64,000 nucleotides of DNA from Gammaproteobacteria bacterium (GTDB taxonomy: Bacteria > Pseudomonadota > Gammaproteobacteria > Steroidobacterales > Rariloculaceae): positions 71,936-135,935 of the forward strand of contig CAXXDW010000002.1 of NCBI GenBank assembly GCA_963665575.2, given 5' to 3'. The position numbers were made by a program, and so were the translations under genes. The notes beneath the pieces are model-generated. The model was given only the letters and a program-made list of their open reading frames with translations, was not told the origin of the DNA and searched no databases. Positions 37,641-48,016 of this stretch are shown piece by piece; the first letter of the stretch is position 1, and each line of letters opens with the position of its first letter.

Positions 37641-37776
37641 CAGCCGAAGGCGTGTCGTCGTCCATCGATTCCCGCCAAGCCGTCCACGGCTTCGAGTCCT
37701 TCCTGGGGCGCTTCTGACGAGCGCCAGGCACCGTTGCAACTGGCGCGATAGCGAGCCACCTGATCGGTGTTCTGGC

Positions 37777-38070
37777 TCAGGGTGTGGTCTCGGTTTGCCG
37801 CTCGATGCTGTCGAAGCGTTGATCGATGGAGTCGAAACGGCGGTCGATGGCGTCAAAACGACGATCGATGGAATCGAAACGGCGGTCGATGGCGTCAAAA
37901 CGACGATCGATGGAATCGAAGCGGAGGTCGATGGCGTCAAAACGGCGATCGATGGAATCGAAGCGGAGGTTAATCGAGTGGTGGCCGGACACCATCAGCG
38001 TTCCGAGCGCGACGCCCACACCGACGACGGTTACGCCGAGACCCATGATGGCCCAGATTTCCTTGCCCAC
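37777..38070 (-). CDS. Small N-terminal-TM protein with RFD(S/A)ID(R/L) heptad repeats
   Basis: Hydrophobic N-terminus plus about eight 21-bp tandem units. Confidence 0.72.
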   Translation of the reverse strand: MGKEIWAIMGLGVTVVGVGVALGTLMVSGHHSINLRFDSIDRRFDAIDLRFDSIDRRFDAIDRRFDSIDRRFDAIDRRFDSIDQRFDSIERQTETTP

Positions 38071-38294
38071 GCTGGAACACCGCGCTTACAAGTCATGACT
38101 GATGCTAGCACGCCGCCGCAGTAGGGCCGGTACTTCCAAATCTGGACGGTAGCTCGAGATTCTCCATAGGCTGGGAGGAGACACGCGCCCGACACGGTAT
38201 CGTTCCCTATTGGCGCAACTCACGCAGCGTACTATGCTAGCCGGTCAGGCTGCTTACGCCGCCGCACACCACAACAAGCAGCGGGGAGACGATC

Positions 38295-39431
38295 ATGATC
38301 AGGTCCGGTCGCAGCGCTTTGGTGTTCGCGCTTGGCGCGTTGGCCGGTCTCGTCGGCGGCGCCGTTCTTGCCCAGTCGTCGATTCTGGCGACGGTTCCGG
38401 ATCCGACGATCCCTTCGGACTTGCGCTCTGAGCCGGCGGAAACCATCGCGGCAGCGGCGCTCGACCCCGAATGGCAGGCGCCGCGCACGTCCTGGGGGGA
38501 TCCGAGCCTCGACGGCGTCTGGACGAGCGACGACATGCGCAGCGTCCCGATGACCCGCCCCGAGCGCTTCGGCACGCGCGAGTCGCTCGACGAGGAGGAG
38601 TTCTTCGCGCGGGCGAGCCAGGACGAAGGCCTGCACGACGACGCGGTCAATGTCGGCGCCTTCCTGCAGCACGAGTACGGCGTTCGCAGCTTCGGCTGGA
38701 CGTCGATGATCGTCGATCCGCCGGACGGCCGCATGCCGGCGCTGACCGAGGCCGGCCGGGCCATCAACGCGTCGCGGACCCGCGGCACCTACGGTCCCGG
38801 TCCCTTCGACAGCTTCGCGGACTTCTCGCTCTACGACCGCTGCATCACGCGCGGCCCCATGGGCTCGATAACGCCCTCGATCTACGGCAACGGTGTCAGG
38901 ATCACGCAGGGTCCGGGTTTTGTCGCCGTGAGTTCCGAGATGGTCCACGAGACGCGGATCATTCATCTTGGCGATACTCCGCCGCTTGACGACGGACTGC
39001 GGCAGTTTCCGGGCAGCGCGCGCGGTTACTGGGAGGGCGACACGCTCGTGGTCGAGTCGCGCAACTTCACCGACAGGACGAGCGCCGCGCGGGTGCCGAC
39101 CAGCTCCGAATTCGTGCTCACGGAGCGATTCACGCGCGTGGATCCCGAGATGATCGAATACGTCGCAACGATCGAGGACCCGGTCACGCTCACGGCGCCG
39201 ATGACGCTGCGGCTCATGCTCACGACTCAGCCCGGCTACACGCTGCTCGAGTACAACTGCCACGAGGGCAACCAGGCGGTACGCAACGCCCTGAGCGGCG
39301 AGCGCGTCTACGAGGTGCAGGTCGCAGAGGCCATCGCGAACGGCGAGCCGATCCCGGCGCGCGCGACCGAGCACACGCAGATCAGGAACGGCGAGCCCGA
39401 CAGGCTCTTCAACATCAATCTCGGCGAATGA
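38295..39431 (+). CDS. Secreted hypothetical protein (PRTxWGDP…GxWEGDTLVVE…EYxCHEGN family)
   Basis: Signal peptide; motifs shared with 40052, 61127 and 63316. Confidence 0.8.
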   Translation: MIRSGRSALVFALGALAGLVGGAVLAQSSILATVPDPTIPSDLRSEPAETIAAAALDPEWQAPRTSWGDPSLDGVWTSDDMRSVPMTRPERFGTRESLDEEEFFARASQDEGLHDDAVNVGAFLQHEYGVRSFGWTSMIVDPPDGRMPALTEAGRAINASRTRGTYGPGPFDSFADFSLYDRCITRGPMGSITPSIYGNGVRITQGPGFVAVSSEMVHETRIIHLGDTPPLDDGLRQFPGSARGYWEGDTLVVESRNFTDRTSAARVPTSSEFVLTERFTRVDPEMIEYVATIEDPVTLTAPMTLRLMLTTQPGYTLLEYNCHEGNQAVRNALSGERVYEVQVAEAIANGEPIPARATEHTQIRNGEPDRLFNINLGE

Positions 39432-39467
39432 CGCTGCGCCGTCGTCGAAAGAACGGGAAGAGCCACG

Positions 39468-39665
39468 AAACAGCGGTCAGGCAAACATTGAGACGAGGCA
39501 GGAAACAGCGTTCAGGCAAACGTTGAGACGAGGCAGGAAGCTGTGGTCAGACAAACGTTGAGACGGCGCAGGAAACACCGTTCAGGCAAACGTTTGAACG
39601 AGGCAGGAACCAGTGGCCAGGCAGACGTTGACAGGAGACAGGAAATGATCAGGCAAACGTTGAAA
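39468..39665 (+). repeat. 35-bp degenerate tandem repeat (5 units plus a partial sixth containing the next gene's start)
   Basis: aaacagcggtcaggcaaacattgagacgaggcagg and variants at 39468, 39503, 39538, 39573 and 39608. No spacers. Confidence 0.88.
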
Positions 39666-40046
39666 TACGGCGTCATCGTCCTCGGCGGCTGGCTCATGGC
39701 TACCGCGTCGCTGCAGGCACACCACTCGCTTGCCGCCACCTATGCGATGGGCGACGAAGGGCAGGTGTCCGGAGCGTTCAAGGAGTTCAGGATCGTCAAT
39801 CCGCACTCCTCGATGAAGATGGACGTGACGAATCACGACGGCACGGTCACGGAATGGACCTTCACCGGCGGCAGCGTCAGCACGCTCGCGCGCCTCGGGC
39901 TCGGCCGGACCGGGCCGAACGCGCTCAGCCGCGGCGACCCGATCACGGTCACCTACATGCCGGCAATCCGGGGCGAGACCCCCCTCGGGCTTTTGAAGAC
40001 GATCACGTACGAAGACGGACGCGTGCTCGAATTCCGCGTGGATTGA
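39645..40046 (+). CDS. DUF6152-like secreted protein
   Basis: Signal peptide ending A|HHS, NPHS motif, W…G, GDPITV. Confidence 0.75.
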   Translation: MIRQTLKYGVIVLGGWLMATASLQAHHSLAATYAMGDEGQVSGAFKEFRIVNPHSSMKMDVTNHDGTVTEWTFTGGSVSTLARLGLGRTGPNALSRGDPITVTYMPAIRGETPLGLLKTITYEDGRVLEFRVD

Positions 40047-40051
40047 TCGCC

Positions 40052-41798
40052 ATGAACGCCAAGAAAACCATTATTGCGGCTGGCATCGCAGTCGGCGTGA
40101 CCCTCGTGATCGGCGCGGCATCGACGGCCAGCGCGCAGAGCGGTACCGAGCGCGAGAGCTTCGAACCCTTCACGCCCGCGCCCGACGCCACGGATCTGAA
40201 GTCCGTGCTCTTCAACTGGATGTGGCACATGGGCATGCTCAAGGGCCACGACGAGCGCGACGTGGTCGCGACGCTCGAGTACCAGGGCACGGGGACGCTC
40301 GAGGTCGGCGGCGAGCCTTGCGCGCTCACGCGCTACCGGGTCAGCACGCACTACCAGTCGCTGGCGCAGCGCACCGACTATGCCTGCACGCTATCGGACG
40401 GGCAGGAGCACTCCAACATCGAGGTCGTGAGCGGGCTGTACGCCTGGGACGAAGACGTGCGCGGCGCCGGGATCGGCCGCACGGGCGGCCAGGCCACGCC
40501 GAGGCCCGAAACCGTCGAGGAACGGCTCATCCGCCTCTGGGCGAGTCCGCAGGGCGCACCGAAGGCGGCCGTGGCGGCGTCCGTCGAGACCTTCTGGCTC
40601 GGCGCCAACCCCGGAACGCTCTTCGACGACGGCATCATGGAGTCGGGCGAGACCTCGCTGACCTGGGAGTCGGGCCAGGCGGTGCTCACGTTCCCGCTCA
40701 TCGGCGTGCCGGGCGCGATGGCGACCGCGACCCTCGACGCGCTCTACATGACCGAACGCGTCCTGGTCGCGCACGGCGACAACACGACCGAGTTCAACTA
40801 CGGCGATTACGGGGACTGGAACAACCCGCTGCACAAGATCGAGGTGTTCCATGCCGGCGAGACACTCGAAAGGCTGAACGGCGAAGTCGTGCGCGAGCTT
40901 GCGACGGTCGAGACCGAAACCGGCAACGTCTACGTGGTCGCGCCGGTGCCGGCAAGCGTGCGCGCGGCGATCGGCGAGACGGCTGCGCTGCCAAGGGCCC
41001 GTCATGGCGAAGGTGGAACCGCCCGTCGACATGACCGTCCCGACGCCGCGTCTCAACGGCAAGCCCGACATGACGGGCGTCTGGGCGCATTCGGACCGCG
41101 TCGGCAACTACCAGACCGGCGGCGGGCGCCGCTGCGGCCCGACACAGAACGAGGAATGCAGCCGGCGCATCAACCAGACCGAGGACTACGCGCTCTACGC
41201 GCCGTCGCGCTTCGGCGGCACGGGTTACCCGCTGTATGAACCGGAATACTGGGACGAGATCCAGCAGCTCGACATGTGGACGAACCTCGAGGATCCCGTC
41301 ATGACCTGCCAGCCGCTCGGGATTCCGCGCCACGGCGTGCCCAGGCGCATCTACCAGACCGGGAACGACATCACGTTCATCTACGGGCAGTTCGCCGACG
41401 CCGGCGGCGGCACGGGCGAGTACCGCATCATCCCGACCGACGGCCGCGATCACGCGCCGAACGCGGAATACTCCTACACCTACATGGGCTCAACGGTCGG
41501 CCACTGGGAGGACGACACACTCGTGCTCGACTCGATCGGCTTCACGGATCGCACCTGGATCGGCCGCGGCGGCTTCTTCCACGCCGACCGCATGCGCGTC
41601 GTCGAACGGCTGACGCGGCGGGGCAACGCGCTGCTCTTCGACGTCACCATCGAGGACCCGGACGTGCTCGTCGAGCCCTACGTGATTCCGACCCGAACGC
41701 TCAGGCTCAACACGAACCCCGACGCGGGACTCCTGCCCGAGCGCGGCTCCTGCGAGATCTTCGAAGACGGAGCGATCGCCACGCAGATCCGGCACTAG
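40052..41798 (+). CDS. Two-domain secreted hypothetical protein with a frameshift near 40990; C-domain from the GxWExDTLV family
   Basis: ORFs 39854-41239 and 40899-41798 join near LP/QGPVMAK. C-part has PRLNGKPDMTGVW, DPVMTC, GSTVGHWEDDTLVLD and a terminal Cys. Confidence 0.72.
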
Positions 41799-43407
41799 CA
41801 GCCTGTCGGACTTAGGGCGCCAGACGGGCTTGTCGGGGCACTTTGACAGCGATTCTCAGGGCTGGCGCGCATGGGTCCTCCGGCAGTGGATGCCAGGCAG
41901 GTGAGTGTTCCAGAGGCCGCTCACGGCGCCTCTTGGCGGTGGGGCGGGGTTCTGACGCCCGTAGGGCGCGCACACACTCCCCCGGATGCCCCGGTCATGC
42001 TGACATCAGGCTGTGCAAGCGCCTACAGTTGTAGGCGAGCATCACCAGGCCCCACTCGCCCTGCACCTTGTCGATGCCGCGCAGCAGGAACTGCCGGAAG
42101 CCCATCGCCTGCTTGACGATGCCGAACACCGGCTCCACCGTCTGCTGGCGCAGCCGGTAACGGGCGCTGTGCTCCGGCTCAGCCATCTTCTTGCGCATCG
42201 CGACAACCCAGTCCGCGCGCACCTCCGGGCGCGGCCGGGGCGCAAGCAGTGGGCGGAAATCGTGTCGACGATGCCCCTCGGCGTGCGTCGCGACCAGCAC
42301 CTCCATGCCGCGGGCCTCCAGTTCGGCGACCTCGCTACCGGTCGCGTAGCCGTTGTCCGCCAGCACCTGTGTCGCGGTGCCGACCGACACCGGGATCGCT
42401 GCCACATCCGCCACCAACTCGCGGCGGTCGCTGGCGTTCGTACTCACCCGGGCACCCAACACCAACTGGCTACCGTCGGCATCCACCGCCGCCTGGGCGT
42501 TGTAGGCCTGACGGTACTCGTGCCGCTTGCTCTTGCGCATCAGCCCACTGTCCGCATCCGTCAGGTTGATCTGTTGCTTGCCTTCCGGCTCCTCCCGCGG
42601 CGGCTTGATGCGCGCCCCCTTGCGGCGCCCCGAACGACGCTCCCGCTCCGCCACCTTGCGTTCGTATGCCGCGCGTTCCGTGGCCGCCGCAGCCTGCGCG
42701 CGCCGCTCCCGCTCCGCACAGGCCTTGTCCAGCTTCTCGCTCAGCCGTTCGCGCCGCGACAACTCCTCCGGCAGCGCTTGCGGATCCGGCGCGTCCTGCG
42801 CATCCTCTCGCTCCGCCTGTCCCAGCAACTGCTCGATCTCCAGGCGCAACTGCGAGCGCAGTTCCCGCGCCCGGTCGTAGCGGAGGCTATGGCGCTTGTT
42901 CGCGTTCGCGTCCACCTTCGTGCCGTCCACGCTCACCGTCCCGACCCGCAACAGCTTCAACTCCCTGGCCAGCAGCAGAACCTGCTCGAACGCCTCCGCC
43001 ACCGCCTCGAAGTTGTTGCGCCGGAACGCGCAAATCGTGTCGTGGTCCGGGTGACAGTTCGACGCCACGTAACGCACCCCAATGTCCCGGTACGTCGCCC
43101 GCTCGATGCGCCGCGATCCAAACAGCCCGTTCGCGTAGCAGTACACCAGCAGCGCCAGCATCATCCGCGGGTGGTACTGGGCCGATCCCGTGCCGCGCTC
43201 GTTTACCACGAACGCATCCATCGGCACCCGCTCCACCGCTTCCAGCACAAAGTGCGCCAGGTCGTCTGCCGGCAGCCACTCCCGCATGTCTACCGGCAGC
43301 AGATACAGTTGCGACTGATCACCCGGTACGAACTTCGCCATCACACCAACCCCCAATCAGGCGCAGTACCTCAATTGTAGAATCACCGCCCTAAGTCCGA
43401 CAGGCTG
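41799..43407 (-). mobile_element. IS1182-family insertion sequence, 1609 bp
   Basis: Perfect 21-bp terminal IRs CAGCCTGTCGGACTTAGGGCG (41799-41819 / 43387-43407) flanked by CTAG on both sides (41795-41798, 43408-43411). Confidence 0.92.
41995..43341 (-). CDS. IS1182-family DDE transposase
   Basis: YHPRMMLALLVYCY, PDHDTICAFRR, VDGTKV, NLTDADS, YNAQ, LADNGY, YRLRQQTVEPVFG. Confidence 0.93.
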   Translation of the reverse strand: MAKFVPGDQSQLYLLPVDMREWLPADDLAHFVLEAVERVPMDAFVVNERGTGSAQYHPRMMLALLVYCYANGLFGSRRIERATYRDIGVRYVASNCHPDHDTICAFRRNNFEAVAEAFEQVLLLARELKLLRVGTVSVDGTKVDANANKRHSLRYDRARELRSQLRLEIEQLLGQAEREDAQDAPDPQALPEELSRRERLSEKLDKACAERERRAQAAAATERAAYERKVAERERRSGRRKGARIKPPREEPEGKQQINLTDADSGLMRKSKRHEYRQAYNAQAAVDADGSQLVLGARVSTNASDRRELVADVAAIPVSVGTATQVLADNGYATGSEVAELEARGMEVLVATHAEGHRRHDFRPLLAPRPRPEVRADWVVAMRKKMAEPEHSARYRLRQQTVEPVFGIVKQAMGFRQFLLRGIDKVQGEWGLVMLAYNCRRLHSLMSA

Positions 43408-43533
43408 CTAGCTCTCTTTTCCCTGATGCAGGCGCCGGCGACCTCAAGGTTGTCGCTCTCGCGATTGGCCAGGTCGTGTGCCGCAGCCAGCTTGGCGGTA
43501 GACGTTTCTGGCGTTGTTGGCCAGAAGTAGTCG

Positions 43534-43562
43534 TTGCAATGTCCGGCGATCTGCCGTACGTT
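43534..43562 (+). promoter_or_regulatory. Promoter/operator of the DUF1778-GNAT TA pair
   Basis: TTGCAA-N17-TACGTT with imperfect palindrome TGTCCGG-N7-CCGTACG. Confidence 0.55.
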
Positions 43563-43587
43563 TGAGTTCGGCAGAGGAGATCGTCAG

Positions 43588-43899
43588 ATGTTGGACTTTC
43601 GCGATTGGGCGGTGGACATTGAGGGACCGAAGACCGCCCGAATGGAGCAACGCACCAAACCACACGTCAAGGCACAGATCCAGCAGGCTGCGGCGCTGCT
43701 GGGCGTTGACGAGACGACGTTCGTGACCAGCGTGGCGCTTGAGCGTGCCCGCAAGACGATCGAGGATCATGAACGTACGCTCCTCTCGGCCGAAGACCAC
43801 GCCGTCGTCCTCGCCGCGCTTGACGACCCTGACGAACCAACCGAGGAACTGCGCGAAGCCATGGCGCTACACCGGGAACGGGTAGCGCATGGCCGATGA
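43588..43899 (+). CDS. DUF1778 RHH antitoxin (TacA/AtaR-like)
   Basis: KTARMEQRT…IQQAAALLG…F…A…LSAED…LDDP; GAGGAG RBS. Confidence 0.88.
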   Translation: MLDFRDWAVDIEGPKTARMEQRTKPHVKAQIQQAAALLGVDETTFVTSVALERARKTIEDHERTLLSAEDHAVVLAALDDPDEPTEELREAMALHRERVAHGR

Positions 43900-44440
43900 G
43901 GCCGCCCCGGATCGACAAGCGCTAGTCATCGAACCTCTCGACCCGGGCAGACACGATCGCCGATCGTTCTCCTGCGGGACCATCCGGCTGGACAACTTTC
44001 TCAAGCGGACCGCCCGAAAGCACCACGCGGACGACTTCACGCGTGTGTGGGTCGCGACCGATGGCCGCCGCCCTCGCATTCTCGGTTGGTATGCCCTGAA
44101 TGCCCACTCTCTTGAAGTCAGCGACCTCCCGGTCGACCTGGCGCGGCGTGCACCACGTCACGGCGTCATCCCGGCCGTGTACCTCTTGATGATCGCCGTC
44201 GACCACCGCCACCAGGGCCGGGGCATTGGCCGAGTTCTCATGGCTGATGCGTTGAAACGCGTTGCTTGTGCAGCCGACCAGGTTGGCATAAGGGTCGTGG
44301 TGCTTGATGTCATCGAGGACGGAGGAGACGAATCCACGGCAAGTCGCTTGGCGTTCTATGGTGCCATCGGGTTTCAGCCGCTACCCGCCCGCCCGCTCAG
44401 GATGTTCATCGGCGTCGAGACGATACGCGGAGCCTTGTAG
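43889..44440 (+). CDS. GNAT acetyltransferase toxin (TacT/AtaT-like)
   Basis: HDRRSFSCG…LDNFL…IAVDHRHQGRGIG…FY…GF. Confidence 0.9.
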   Translation: MADEAAPDRQALVIEPLDPGRHDRRSFSCGTIRLDNFLKRTARKHHADDFTRVWVATDGRRPRILGWYALNAHSLEVSDLPVDLARRAPRHGVIPAVYLLMIAVDHRHQGRGIGRVLMADALKRVACAADQVGIRVVVLDVIEDGGDESTASRLAFYGAIGFQPLPARPLRMFIGVETIRGAL

Positions 44441-44572
44441 CGGAAGAGTGCGGGTAGCGTTGCCCGTCGCGAAAAAGCGCTGCATGAACGCCAGGCGTGT
44501 GAACTGCCAATTTGGCATCAATTGGTAGTTAATTGACGTTTCGCCCGGGTTCGCGCCCAGGCTCACAGTCGC

Positions 44573-46487
44573 CTACGGCGCCTCGACGACTCTGAGAACC
44601 AGTTCGCCGATACGCAGGTCCCTGAACTCCGCGTCGACCGTCTCGACCGCTCCTTCCGTCAATGCCGTCTGAAATGGGTCGCGGCCGTCCGTTGCGACCG
44701 GGCCGTCGGTCTGGACACCGTCGGGTTCTACGGCGCCAGGGGGTGCGACGACGACGGGCGTCCTGCCGGCTACGGGGCGCCCGCCGGATTCGAAGGTGAT
44801 CCCGGCCAGTCGTCCGCTTGCCGGCCCTCGCACGAACTCCAGCGCAAGCGCCCGCCAGGCATCGTCGCGCCGCTGAAAGGCCCAGGCCTGAAACTCGTTG
44901 AAGACGAGGACGTATTCCATGACGCCGTCGTCGCTGAGGTCCACTTCGATGAGCACCGGATTCGTCGGAATGTTGCCGGTCCGCGTCACGAGCGCCCGCG
45001 GCAGACTGAACGCATCGATCGTCGCCCGGAGGTCGTCTGGAACCTCGAAAGGCGCCGGCCGGTAGACCATCTCGTCCCAGATGTCGCGGTCTTCGACCCT
45101 GGCAGCGCGAATCCATGGCGGCTCCGCGTTGCGGATCAGCTCGGCCAGCTCCGGATCCGATTCCCCGTACTGCTCGAGCAGTTCCTGGGTCCACAGGTAC
45201 GCGGGTCGTCCAAGGAACTCGCTCGCGTAGTAGAAATCGAACTCGCGAAGCTCGATCTCGCTGCTTTCCACGCGCCGTTGCTGGCTCTCGAGCGAAATCA
45301 GCCGGAAATCGAGAAGGGGGCTGTTCGAAAGCAGCATGAACGCGAGAATCGCAAGGCCCATCGATCTGTTGACGAAGGCCAGGTTGCGCGGCCAGGCATC
45401 GCGAAGCCTGAGGATGCTGCCGGCATAGCCGCATGAGAAGAGCGCGAGAATGATGCACACGGCAAGCGCCCAGCAGCGCTCCACGGTCCAGCCGTACTGC
45501 GCGATCCTGAGCGACAGGCCGTACAGCGCAAGCGCGGACACGATCGGCAGCAGAATGGCCCCGACGTAGACCAGCCGATGCACGAGCGCCGGATACGGTT
45601 CGCGGCGCCCGGTCTGGTAGACGGCGTTGAGGAAGAAGAGCGCCAGCCCGTTGAGGGCCATGAGCAGCGCCGTGCCGCTGCCGACGTCCCAGAGGGGTTC
45701 AAGGCCCGTGAAGGGGAGCGCGGCGAGGAATATCGCGAGCATCACGATCAACAGCGGCAACAGCAGGCGCATCAGGCCTTCGAGCAGCCCCGTCAGCCCG
45801 TCGATGACGCGGGCGAGTCCGCGGAAGATGAAGACGCCGAGCCCGAAGCAGACGGCGATGACCGGGAACGCGAACCACATCTCCTGGAACAGCTCCAGGA
45901 AAAACGCGATGCCGATCACGTTGAGGAGGCTCGCCCAGAGCATGAGCACGAGGTAGATGCCGCCCGCCATGACGGCCGAGAGCCCGGCCACGAGGAAGTT
46001 GCGCCAGGAATTGGCGAAGAGCTCGGCGTAAATGACGGGACGGCGCGCCGCGAGGGGCTGCAGGTACATGAGCGCCTTGAAACAGGCGACCGCCGAGGTG
46101 ATCAGGAACACCGCGACGATGGATTCGGTCGGAAAGGCGCCCGGCGGCGACATCTGCGCGCCGGTGTAGGGCCGCCACGGCCACGAGTACGCTCGCGAAC
46201 AGGCTCGCGCCGACGATTGCGCGGCGGGTGATGCCGGATTCGATGCTCAACAGCAGCAGCGCCGGCCAGGCCACGGCAAGCGTCCACAACGGCAGGTTCC
46301 AGATCGGCTGCCCGCTCGGCCAGGCGTCGTTGTTCGCGGCAATGACCAGCAGGTAGAGCACCAGCCCCTGGGTCAGCGAGATCGCGAGCGTCAGCTTCAG
46401 AGGCGTGCGGGCCGAACGCCGGTTCCTCGCACGCCCGGCCACGCGGGCGCGGCCGGCGACATTTTCTGACCTGGATTGCGTCGGCAT
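44573..46487 (-). CDS. DUF4153-like multi-TM membrane protein (frameshift at GGG 46169-46171)
   Basis: ORFs 45699-46487 and 44573-46153 join at VAA/YTGAQM; LRIAQYGWTVER motif. Confidence 0.72.
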
Positions 46488-46557
46488 GGGCCGCGATTCT
46501 AGCAGATTATTTGATGATACAAAGAACTTTGTGAAAGAGAGTACAGGCGCCCATGCG

Positions 46558-47679
46558 TCAGCCCCGCTCGGCCAGCGGCACGAAGGTCTGCAAACCGGGC
46601 CCCGTGTACTCGGCGCCCGGGCGGATGAGCTTGTTGTCGGCGCGCTGCTCGAAGACGTGCGCCGACCAGCCCGTGATGCGTGAACACACGAAGATGGGCG
46701 TGAAGAGATAGGTCGGGATGCCCATGAAGTGGTACATGCTGGCGGAAAAAAAGTCCGCGTTCGCGAAGAGCTTCTTCTCCTCCCACATGACCTGCTCGAT
46801 GGCTTCGGAGACGCGGTAGAGACGCTCGTCGCCCGCTTCTTCGGCGAGCCGCTTCGACATGCGCTTGTTGACGGAGTTGCGCGGGTCGGAGCGCGTGTAG
46901 ACGCGGTGGCCGAAGCCCATGATCAGTTCCCTGCTCGCGAGCATGTCCCGCACGCCCCGGGCGGCGTCCTCCGCCGAGTCGAACCGTTCGATCAGTTCCA
47001 TGGCCGCCTCGTTGGCGCCGCCGTGCAAGGGTCCGCGCAGCGCGCCGATGGCGCCCGTGATGGCGGAGTGAAAGTCCGGGAGCGTCGCGGCGATCACCCG
47101 CGCCGTGAAGGTCGAGGCGTTGAACTCGTGTTCGGCGTAGAGGATCAGCGAGATGTCGAGCGTGCGGCGGTGCAGTTCGCTCGGCGGCGTGTCGTGCAGC
47201 AGGTGCAGGAAGTGTCCCGCCACGCTGTCGTCGTCGGTGGCCGTGTCGATGCGCTTGCCGTCGGCGTGAAAGCGATGCCAGTACATGACGATGGACGGGA
47301 AGGCGGCGAGCAGCCGGTCGGCGGCGTCGCGTTGCACGGCGAAATCCCGTTCGGGTTCGAGGTTGCCGAGCACCGAGCAGCCGGTGCGCAGCACGTCCAT
47401 CGGATGCGTGTCGGCGGGAATGGATTCCAGCGTCTTCCTGAGCGCGGCGGGCAGGGCGCGCAGCGACCTGAGCTTGTCGCGGTAGTCGGCCAGTTCCCGC
47501 GCGTTGGGCAGACGGCCGTGATGGAGCAGGTAGGCGACTTCCTCGAAGGAGGCGCCGTCGGCGAGGTCGTAGATGTCGTAGCCGCGGTAGGTCAGCCCAG
47601 CGCCTTCCTTGCCGACGGTGCAGATATCTGTGCGTCCGGCGATGACCCCGGCGAGGCCTCCTGATTTCTTTGCGCTCAT
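46558..47679 (-). CDS. prpC: 2-methylcitrate synthase
   Basis: GLAGVIAG…[52 protein letters not shown]. Confidence 0.88.
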   Translation of the reverse strand: MSAKKSGGLAGVIAGRTDICTVGKEGAGLTYRGYDIYDLADGASFEEVAYLLHHGRLPNARELADYRDKLRSLRALPAALRKTLESIPADTHPMDVLRTGCSVLGNLEPERDFAVQRDAADRLLAAFPSIVMYWHRFHADGKRIDTATDDDSVAGHFLHLLHDTPPSELHRRTLDISLILYAEHEFNASTFTARVIAATLPDFHSAITGAIGALRGPLHGGANEAAMELIERFDSAEDAARGVRDMLASRELIMGFGHRVYTRSDPRNSVNKRMSKRLAEEAGDERLYRVSEAIEQVMWEEKKLFANADFFSASMYHFMGIPTYLFTPIFVCSRITGWSAHVFEQRADNKLIRPGAEYTGPGLQTFVPLAERG

Positions 47680-47776
47680 TACTTTTCCTTGCGCGCAGCG
47701 GGCGAGGGTCGCGCCCGAAGCGTGTTCGCGAACGGCTCCGATGGCCGGCAGCAGACCCGGTTCGAGCCGCCCGCGC

Positions 47777-47902
47777 CGTCACCGAAAATCGCGGTGCCGG
47801 CGAAAGTGGCGGCGTCTCCGAATGTCGCGGCGTCACCGAGAACCGCGGCGTCAATAAGAACCGCGGCGACGGCAAAAGTCGCGGTGTCGCCGACGATCCC
47901 GT
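47777..47902. repeat. 18-bp degenerate tandem repeat x7 in the divergent prpC/PPTase intergenic region
   Basis: cgtcaccgaaaatcgcgg / cgtctccgaatgtcgcgg / cgtcaccgagaaccgcgg…. Confidence 0.8.
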
Positions 47903-48016
47903 TCGTGGTCGATCGCCGCCGGCCATTGTATAGTTTCGCGGCCAGCGACGCCGGGGAAGTCCGGGGGCACGGCTTGTCGGCGTCCGGGCGAGCCGGACCT
48001 TTCCGCGCAGGTTTCG

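Noticed and set aside
22046-37700. Integron cassette array
   Set aside because: No tyrosine recombinase in the window, and I could not find attC-type RYYYAAC…GTTRRRY palindromes between modules.
39468-39665. CRISPR array (35-bp periodicity)
   Set aside because: Units abut with no unique spacers, they are degenerate, and there are no cas genes in the window.
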